Of a stretch of DNA of 64,000 bases, positions 40,580 to 49,375 are shown in pieces. Where the stretch lies: the NCBI GenBank assembly GCA_976226885.1, contig OZ320314.1:61256001-61320000 (forward strand), given 5' to 3'. Numbering within the stretch: the stretch's first letter is position 1; each line of letters starts with the position of its first letter. Made by a program: the position numbers and the translations under genes. Below the pieces are notes generated by a model, which was given only the letters and a program-made list of their open reading frames with translations, ran no database searches and had not been told where the DNA came from. This stretch comes from Iphione sp. A-MEVVRFRX5 (taxonomy: Eukaryota).

Positions 40580-41459
40580 CTACATGATGCTTTTCAGATA
40601 GAATTGGCGAAAAGTGTTTTCGTCTGCCCACATGCCTCTTTTGAGGATTTCTTGGATAGGTAACCCGCCTGCAAACAGTTTAGACGCAGATGCTGCTCGG
40701 GTACTGTGGGCCGTAAAGGAGTTTGTGTCTATTCCAGCTCTAAACATCACGTCTTTGACCCAGCGTGCTAGTGTTGACGTGCTTACTGACTTGTATGGGG
40801 GCACGTAGCTGATGAACAGAGCTTTATCATCCCCTCGAATATTGACTGTACGTGACAGGTAGGTCTTGATGTGGGTTATGACACAAAGTGTGGGCTCCTG
40901 TTCGAATGGAACCAGGATTATTCTACTTGGCTGCTTGTTCGCCCTGTTGTGTTTCAGTGGTTTGGCAAAGTTGATTTGCAGCCTGTTGTTGCCCACTTCA
41001 TGGATGTTATCTAGATCTATATTGCGTATAGTTTGTAGTCGCCCACATGATGCTAAGAGGACTAGCATGGTTGTTTTAAGTGTTAATAATTTTAATGAGA
41101 TAGAGCTAGGGGGTGACCAGGTTCTGAGGAAGTCTAGCACGAGTTCCACGTCCCAAGTATGTTCTAGTCGGGCTTGCGGTGGTCGTAGGTTGAACATGCC
41201 TGCCATCACTCTGGTAGTGAGCCAATGTTGCCCGAAAGGGACCTTGTGGAATTTTTTTTGGGAATGGCGGATAATGCGCTTCGCGCTGTGTTTATGGCAC
41301 TGTAACTGAGGCCCGCTTTAAAGAGTTGGTGTAGGAACATAAGAGCCTGTTCTAATTCGGGTTTCAGTGGGTCAATCTTATGTTGGATGCAGTATGTATG
41401 CCATCTGTTTTGGTTAGTGCGTACTGTAGTCTTGTGGACTTACGCCATGAGTGCATCAT
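40580..41459 (-). pseudogene. DIRS ORF3 tyrosine recombinase with two 1-nt deletions (near 41410 and in the A8 run 41252-41259)
   Basis: N-terminal SWRKST..QY and ..FL..L...GLSYSAINTARSALS segments. Catalytic R (SCGRLQT), HxxR (AHSTRAA), W (GMW) and Y (FRQFY) are all present. Confidence 0.9.
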
Positions 41460-41506
41460 ATATCTTCTTAGTGGGTTCTTGGTTAAGGACTTGTCGATGT
41501 GCCTTT

Positions 41507-43461
41507 TTAGAAGAGTGCTGCCAATAACGGAATTGAGTTGATGTCTCTGGCGTCTGTCGTACTGTAGACGTTTAGCAGGTTTTGTGGTCTTGGTGGGAAG
41601 TGCATGGTGGCTCGTGGAGGGTTTTGGCGTAGCTTGCCATACCATCGTTGGGCTTGCCAATGTGGGACTACCACTATCGCCTTGGTCCGTTCGTGTTGGA
41701 GTTTCTGTAGGGTCCTGGAAATTAATGAAAAAGGAGGAAATGCATAAATAAATTTGAATTGTTTCCAGTTAAGGGTGAAAGCATCGATAAAGGCTGCATC
41801 GGGGTCTGGCTTCCAGCTGGCATATGTTGTTATTTGTTTGGTTGCTCTAGATGCGAAAAGGTCAACTTCTGGGGTACCCCATGCATCTGTAATGTTTTCG
41901 AACAGTTCAGGGTTGAGTTGCCATTCCGTGTCCTCGTTAAAGTGTCTCGAGAGGAAATCGGCTTCTGTGTTTTCGATGCCTGGTATGTAAGAGGCAACCG
42001 CCCAGGCTTGTCTGGCTTCTAGGAAGGCCCAGATTTTTCTGGCTAAGCGGTCACAGAGAAAAGATTTTGTACCACCTTGTTTGTTGACGTATGCTACAGC
42101 CGTGGTGTTGTCAGATCTGATCAAAAGTTCAAATGTCTGCCTTTCCGAGAAGAAGGTTTTTAGGCCTAATAAGATGGCCTTAAGTTCTAGGGCATTAATG
42201 TGCCACATCTGTTCTTCTGGTAGCCACTTCCCTCCTGCAGCCTGTGTCTGGGTAACTGCGCCCCAGCCGAGCCCTGATGCGTCTGTGGTTAATGTCTCTT
42301 TGGGTGTGTGTACTCGAATTGGTCTGAATAGAGTGGTGGCGTTAGTTAGCCACCAACGGAGGTCTTCACGACTATCCAGGGATAGTGTCATGGGTGCTTC
42401 GAAATTTTTTCCGTGACGTATCAAGGCTCGGATCTTGTCCTTTTCCAACGCTTTGTAGTGTCCTAGGCCGTATTGTGCTGCCTTTGAAAGGTCTACGAGA
42501 GTCCCTGTTAGGGAGGCGATGTGCCTGATGGAAAACTCTGTGCCCAGTAAAACGTCTTCGATTCGTGGGACAAGGTTGTCGATTTTCTTTTGAGTGGGTG
42601 TGATGGTCATGTTTGTTGAGTTCAAGTTGTAGCCTAGGAACACTATTTGTTGCGTTGGGGTTGGAGAAGATTTGTTCCAGTTTATGGTAAAGCCAAGTTC
42701 GGACATGAGGTTAGTGACTCTCTTGATCGAGGTTGAGCATGCTGTCGGTGTAGGTGCTACTATTAGCAGGTCGTCTAAGTATGCAATGACGTCATGCCCC
42801 TCTTCGTGTAAGAGGGCTAGGGGCGGTTTCAGCAATTTGGTAAATAACCTTGGGGCTGATGTTAAGCCGAAGGGCATTACAGTGTAGCGATAGGCGTGGG
42901 ACCCCCAGGTGAACGCTAGGTATTTCTGGTATTGGGGGTCTACTGCCACGGTGTGGTACGCGCTCTGTAAGTCAACAGAGGCCATCCAGCAATTTTCGTA
43001 CAGTGATTGTGTTACTGATTCGAAAGTATCCATTTTGAAATGGATGAAAGGCATGAAAGTGTTGAGAACCGACAGGTCTAAGATGATGCGGACAGAGCCG
43101 TCTGATTTAGCACGTGGGAATATGCGAGATTGAAAAGGTGAAGGTGGTTCATCGGGGACAATGACCCCCTGTTGCAGGAGATCAATGACCGCGGCATCGA
43201 TTTGTGAACTTTCATGCGGGACGAAACGGAGTGGGCGAAGGAAAGGTCTAGCAGGTGGCTGGGAAAGGAAAGTCAAGGTGATGCCCTTGACGATGTTAAG
43301 TGTGTTTTGATCGGATGTGATGTTACGCCAGGATAGAAGTTTGTGTTTGATGTTCCCAGCCACAAAGCTATCAGGACCTATTTCTTCGCCTGTCTCACCT
43401 GAAAATCCGGCTTGTCGGCTGACTGCTGGTTCTGTTTGTTGTAGCCATGGCGGTAGTCGTG
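41507..43461 (-). CDS. DIRS ORF2: reverse transcriptase - RNase H - DAM-like methyltransferase, frame intact
   Basis: RT motifs RIILDL, VDLQSAY, MPFGLTSAPRLF, YLDD. RNase H motifs TDAS..GWGA, HINALELKAI, SDNTTAVAY, ADFLSR. MT-like VDLFAS...DAF...YAFPPF...VVPHW...WY. Frame is open from about 43461; first ATG lies only inside the RT domain. Confidence 0.97.
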
Positions 43462-44524
43462 CCTAAACGTGGGGCGTTGAAAAGGGTGAAACCGGCCTCG
43501 CCCTCGTCCACCTCTGTTCCCGCGTCCTCTGCCTCGTTGTCCACGACCACGGGACCTGTCGACCTTCGTCGTCAGTTTGTTCACTGCCTCTAGGGACTTC
43601 AGAGATGTTTCGAGGTTGTCGCCGAAGAGGTGTTTATGTGACGGCGGGTGTTCGTCTGAGGCCAGCCTGCGGTACTCGGGTTTCAGGGCGAACTGGACGT
43701 CCGTGCGCCTTGCCTTGATTGTCTCCGCGTTGGACGCTCCTATCAGGGCGATCGCATGTAGAAGGGGTTTCACTGCCTTCTTTACTTCTTTGTTTCTTTG
43801 CGCTTGTTCTAGAACAATGGTTGCTCCCTGGATGAGGGCTGCCTGTCCGATTCGGAGAATGCTCTGGGCCTTCTGTAGCGCTTTCTCCCTCGACTTGAAG
43901 GGCTTGGACAGCGTCGGCCAAATCGCCTCATTCACTTTCGTGACCTGCAGGCTCTCACAGTTGACCGGAGGCAGGTAGAGGGCTCGCATGGGTTGTACCT
44001 CATCATCCTTCCACACCTTTAGTTGGTGCTCATCGACAAACTCCGCCACGTCTTTCTTTATCGCGGGTCCCTTGCGCTCCGTGGAGTAATACTCTTGTTT
44101 ATACTCCGTGAAGACATCATCGTCCGAGTCTTCCGAGATAGGATGTTCAGTTGTCCTCTTGAAAGAGCGTGTTCATCAAAGCGGCCGAGGAAGAGGCTCC
44201 TTCCTGCGTGGGATTGGTGTCTGCCGCCAATGTCGGTTCCTCTGTCTCTTCCTCGTACAGTCCTTCGAAGCCCGAATTGATTGCATCTGTGAGGGAATCG
44301 AAGTTTCCTCTGAAGTCATCGTGGAATCCGGCCATGTCTGTCCTGAACCCTGTCATCGTCTCATTCAAGGCGATTATCGCGTCCAGGACAGCAGGTGCAT
44401 CCTGGTTTGCCCGGGTTGTCCTCGGTTCAGGTTGCTTGCCCTTCTCCGCGTTGGCTTTTGAATTCCCTTTCCTTTTTGGTGCGGGTTCTTCTGTCCGATC
44501 CTGTGGAGGCTGAGGGGATGCCAT
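43378..44524 (-). pseudogene. DIRS ORF1 (gag-like), interrupted by one +1 frameshift near 44170
   Basis: ATG in ACAATGG context at 44524. MASPQPPQDRTEEP...AALM is in one frame and (K)RSFKRTTEHPISEDSDDD...KVWKDDEV...RGRGQRGRGRGNRGGRGRG...QAKK* is in the next. The RG-rich basic C-terminus is typical of DIRS gag. Confidence 0.8.
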
Positions 44525-45173
44525 TGTGGTGGGAGAGAAAGAGAGAGAGAGAGAGGGAGAGAGAGAGAGAGAGAGAGTGAGAGAGATGAGTAGTGACCAG
44601 GCTAACCACCTCTGTAAGGGTAATCCACACCGTCTTCTCAACGACTAGAAGCCGGGAGACTTGTTGGTATACCCGCACTCGCAACTGATCTAGGTCAGGG
44701 GTGCGTCTGCCAGGTTCTAACCCATGGCGGGTGAAAGCCTGCGAACACTGGGTGGGTTCTGCGCTTTCCACACACAAGCGCTCTTTGTATTAGATATGTG
44801 CGTCGGTGACAGGAGCACTACTAAGCGCACTTGTTATGAAAGTGTGGAGTGTGGCACAAAGGCCTTACAGTAGCACAAAAGGCTTGAGTTTAACCCACTG
44901 TATTTAAAAAGTAAAGGCAGTAATGTTCTCTTGAAGTTTCTTGCTTACAATGTATAAGGGTGTTGTTGTTTACAGCCTTTACAGGGTAGTTGGCTCTCCA
45001 ATTCAAGTGATTTAGTGAGATTTACAATGAATGCAGGTAAAGTGGCTCTCTTTACAATCAAATCAGGTCGAAACCGCTCTCTTTACAATAAATTCGGGGT
45101 AACTGACAATGAAATCAGGTTAGTGCTCTCTTATTCAGGGATTTATAGGAGAAAATCACCTGGAATTAGCGTA

Positions 45174-45176
<3 letters not shown>

Positions 45177-45206
<30 letters not shown>

Positions 45207-45789
45207 TCTGAACGTAATGGATGCTATGAATGCGTAGGCCAACCAGATGTGACACCTAGCCTCGTCTAAAAATTTTATTTTTACCTGTTATATCTGGCCT
45301 TACCTCACATTCATTCAGGAGAAGCTCTAGGGTATCTAAGGATCCTATATCCTCCCTTTACCCTCCATTCCACAATGGTCCTTGTGGATGTCTGGCCCCC
45401 AAACCAGACTCAACATGGGACTACCCATGTACGAACTGGGTCCTATCTAGTTTGATACACCCAGAGTGCCCAGGAACCACCAGGATCCTAGGGCACCAAA
45501 CCAAAGTTCACTGATCTTCAGTGACACCGTGTTTTAGATGCCTGAAGAGACACTAAGTCGAAACCGTGTGTGATTCTTTTAGTTTCTCTAAAAGATACAC
45601 AAACCAGACTTATAAAATACTCCATTTTATTCTGGGACTCCCATCACCATGGAGAGACTACCTCATCCATTGTGACATCATGTTGACATGGCAACGTCAC
45701 CACTTCTCCACTCCTGGCAGCCATCTTTATGGACTGACAGCCATAGCCACGGTTGCATCTTAAGGTTGGGTATTGCCTCGTTCTAAACA
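45177..45789 (-). mobile_element. 613-bp non-coding retroposed insertion nested in the DIRS 5' leader
   Basis: 16-bp direct repeats TGGAATTAGCGTAAGT at 45161-45176 and 45790-45805. T29 at 45177-45205 is a poly(A) tail on the minus strand. No credible ORF. Confidence 0.9.
45536..45760 (+). ncRNA. Type I hammerhead ribozyme with an enlarged (about 180 nt) loop 3
   Basis: Stem I AGATGC(45536-41)/GCATCT(45755-60). Core CTGAAGA (45542-48). Stem II GAC/GTC with loop ACTAA. GAAA (45560-63). Stem III ACCGTG(45563-68)/CACGGT(45748-53). Cleavage triplet GUU, predicted cut after 45754. Confidence 0.85.
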
Positions 45790-48700
45790 TGGAATTAGCG
45801 TAAGTAAACGACTTTGCTTAACAATAGCGTAGGCAGTTAGCGCACGTGGCTCGACTCTCGTTACACGCGAAAACCGTTAGAGTTCGTACGCTGCACACGT
45901 AAAAGTCGAATATTCGACCCGATAGCGTAAAAACACGTCAAAAACACGTCAAATACACGAAAAGGTTCGACTTTGCGTACGTTTAGATCGATTAGCGTAG
46001 CAATAGCGTATGTAAATGCGCAAGAAAAGGCAAAAAGTAACCGAAATGTACTTATCTGCGTGTGAGCCGCTCAAAGGGGTGACGCGAACTGAATGCGCAT
46101 GTGCGAGCTGCTTGGCGGGGACGCTATATCACCTGCTGCACTCTGGTGGAGAAGCAGCGAGGTAGAGTTTGGCGCTAGTACCTCTCTTCCCGCCCAAGTT
46201 GTACTGATGAAGACTGAAAACCTAGCTGTCCTCTAGAAATGTCATTTGATCAGAAATCACCTTTTCTCGAAAAACTAAAACACCAAATGGTTGAAATTCA
46301 AACGAATCTCGACTACGTATGAGTTGGGTTTTTGTTTGCTGCAGGAAGAAGTAATACTATGTATCAAGAGTCAAGTAGGGGCAAGGTGATATTCAGTAAC
46401 CACCTGGCTGCATGCAACTTCTACACAACCCGAAGGGTACAAGCCATTGGGTTCGGATGCTAAAAGACTATAGTCGAACACAAACATTCGGCTTCCTTTT
46501 AGGTTTTAGTTCAAAGTCTTTGTGGGAACTATCTAAGACAACGGATTAGTTCAGCTTCTCACATTTTACAGCGAAACTGGTATATATCTTACAAGTTTTC
46601 TCTTGAGAATGTAGAACATTAGTTGGTAACGGATCTTACTGACACTATGTTTTTATTCAATACACTCAGTGCTGATGGAATGTAAATGATGTGTTTAGTC
46701 TTCCGACATCTGCCAGAAATACATGCGTCCAGGTAATACACTACTGTAGCCAGAATAATTTTAACACAGTACATGTATAAGGCTGTTGGAATTGCCCTAA
46801 GGCTGCTCTGCGTGTTTAGAGATCAAAAGTTCAGCAGTTGAAGACCCGGCTTTTCTTACAAAAACGTAGAAGAAACACCTTAGATGGCACTGGAGAGTGT
46901 CAGCACAAAGAGTATTCTGGCCAGTTCTCCGCCCTGTAGCCAGAGGAAAGTCGCTTGGGCTTTCATGTGTTCATGTGGTGACCCCTCATTCTGCCGGCCA
47001 TGGTTGGATTGCCGCTCATGCATAGCCGCTCCCCGGAACTTTCCAGTGGTTGAGAACTCAACTATTCCCCTCCTACTCCTCTCATACTAAAAGTGAATAT
47101 ACATGTATATTATATGTCCTTCCTAAATGATAACCGGAACCTGAACCGTCACGACATGCCCGTGATTACTGAGTCACTACTGTTTACTACAGAAAGGAGC
47201 GTGTGGGAGAAGTATTTCTATGGGCACCAAGCAAGATGCCGCACGATGATTTATATAATCGTTAATTTGCTGAAATAGTAATTCTTGAATTTACTTAGAG
47301 CTTTTAGACGCTTTCACAGAATAATGATATTCAGGAATATACATGTAAGATAAGATGTTATTCGACGACTATTGCCCGAAATGCATCTTTATATACATAA
47401 ATCCCTATTTCACTTTGCTACTGCAGGTGAAAGACAAGTTACCAAGAAAATTATGACAAAAAGGTGACCATATTTATTTAATCAAAAACTTGGGGGAATA
47501 AAACTTAGGGGAGTATGACTGACTCATACTGGTCAAAGCGATATGGTAATACCAGAAATGAATGTTATATGTAAGAAGCTGTTCATATATAACTGGACAA
47601 AATATCCTGCTCCGTATGCGGGCATGGAGGTACCTCCTGCTGTTTCCTGATTTTAATTGATTCCATATGGTCTACAGCTTTCTCTTCACTATAGGCTCCT
47701 ATGGAAATCTGTGTCCAGGTGCGGACCTTTTCCATGTATCATGGAAAGAAATCCACACCTGTGTGCGGATGTGGAAAAATCTACCTATATGTGAACGCTA
47801 CAAGAGATATGGTAGAGCTGGGAGAAAATCCACCCCCGTGTGTGGACCTGGAACAGAAAAATCCGGTTATATGTGAACAACCCCTAAGTACAGAAACATG
47901 CATGTGGCGCCTGTGAGTTTGTTTCAAAAGCCCAGCATTCAAATCACATTGAGTTGACAATCACACCGAATACTGCGATGCCCTTTGCTTAGAAAGGAAA
48001 AGCACAGACTGTGTTCACTGCTCCATTTACGTGATGTGATCTTATAGATATATTCCTTGGGTATGACAGTAAACTGTAGAGCTCTGAATTGTCGGCACAC
48101 TGTGTCAAAGTTTCATTTAACCTAACATTCGTACTTTCCAGAGAGGTGTCATCTTCAATGAGCTGGGTGTGCGCCAACAAGAAAATTGCTTAAATTTATA
48201 CTCCTATGAAAGGAATATGACGCAGTACATTGATCCACATTCCGTCAAGTAGCTTCAGTAATTTTTCACAAGGCTGTGCTGGGCTAGAGCACTATACACA
48301 GGGTTCACCGACAAGCGTACGCGGACATAAGTGCAAAGACTACCAGTGGTTTCCACTCCTGGTCATTTCTGTGACTTATACTTTAAATAATTGTACAAAA
48401 CCATCTTCCATGTGAACTGTCTCTTTGTGTTGTTCCATGCGCCTCCGCAAGCCACGAACACGGCTTTAAAAGTAAGAAATGGAAGAATTTGTTAGGTTGT
48501 ATGATCTTGAAGGTTACTCTTCGAATAAACTTGAGGCCAACAACAGTGGAAGTGACTCAAAACACCCACTCATGCGCGTGATCCACTGACGACTATAAAA
48601 GTCTTTGTGCACGGCGATATTATAATCGTATATGATCTTGTCACTGTGACAAATATAACATTTAACAAAACAACGTCTCTAGCCAATCTTCTAAAAGTGA

Positions 48701-49109
48701 CGATAAAGATTCCTACTATCTAATGGAATTAAACAAACTGAGTATATCAACTCTATTGATACTATTCTGAATAGGATTAACAATTCTTTTCCTGTTTTTT
48801 TTTCTTTTCACACGGTGAAGTGTCAACAATACTGCCCCAATACAGGAAGTGCCGCCAAGGAACAGGGAAAATCTGTGACACGGAGTAACACATAAAAAGT
48901 CTACAACAGATTTCTCTTGATTTGCTATATATATACATTAAGGTTGGTTCGAATTGGTGAATGCTTCTTAGTAAAATTTGACTACTGCAACATCCTACAT
49001 CTTCCTCGAAACTCTTCCCGTCCCTTGCTTAATCACCCCCAGGTCCTCTTCTTTGGACAATTGCTTCACCACAATATTAGATATGTGTTATTTACCGGGG
49101 ACTTCATCA

Positions 49110-49375
49110 CTGGGAGGCTTGGACGTTGGCCATCTCTCACTTGTTTCTGATAACTGGTGTTACTAAAACTAACATTTCCTGGCTGAATATTTGTACACTT
49201 CCGTAGCTAGACCCTCTGCAAAATAATGAAACTTTTTTTTGCAATCAAAGACAAGTGAGAGGCAGATAATGACTTAATTACCAGGGAATTTATCGATCAG
49301 TGGCAGGCTTGCACGTTGGCCATCTCTCATTTGTTTCTGATAACTGGTGTTACTCAAACACTAACATTTCCTAAC
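49110..49375. repeat. ~70-bp local direct duplication
   Basis: ggaggcttggacgttggccatctctca...aacatttcct occurs at about 49112 and again at about 49302. Confidence 0.7.

Larger units (their letters stand above)
40171..46169 (-). mobile_element. DIRS1-type tyrosine-recombinase retrotransposon, structurally complete
   Basis: gag, RT/RNaseH/DAM-like methyltransferase and YR ORFs on the minus strand. Inverted terminal repeats 46088-46136 / 40243-40291, right extension 40171-40249, internal complementary region 40407-40527. Ends share only an AA/TT dinucleotide, with no TSD. Confidence 0.97.

Noticed and set aside
45690-45789. HDV-like ribozyme at the 5' end of the nested insertion (minus strand)
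   Set aside because: GGCAA/TTGCC could form P1, but P1.1 GG, P3/L3 and J4/2 are not in the required order.
46204-46219. CTGATGA-agact-GAAA hammerhead-like core just outside the DIRS
   Set aside because: Only 5 nt between the core halves, so no stem II with a viable loop, and no matching stems I or III found.
46239-46322. 27-aa ORF after the DIRS as the start of a host gene
   Set aside because: The implied first intron is only 28 nt and no credible downstream exons were found.
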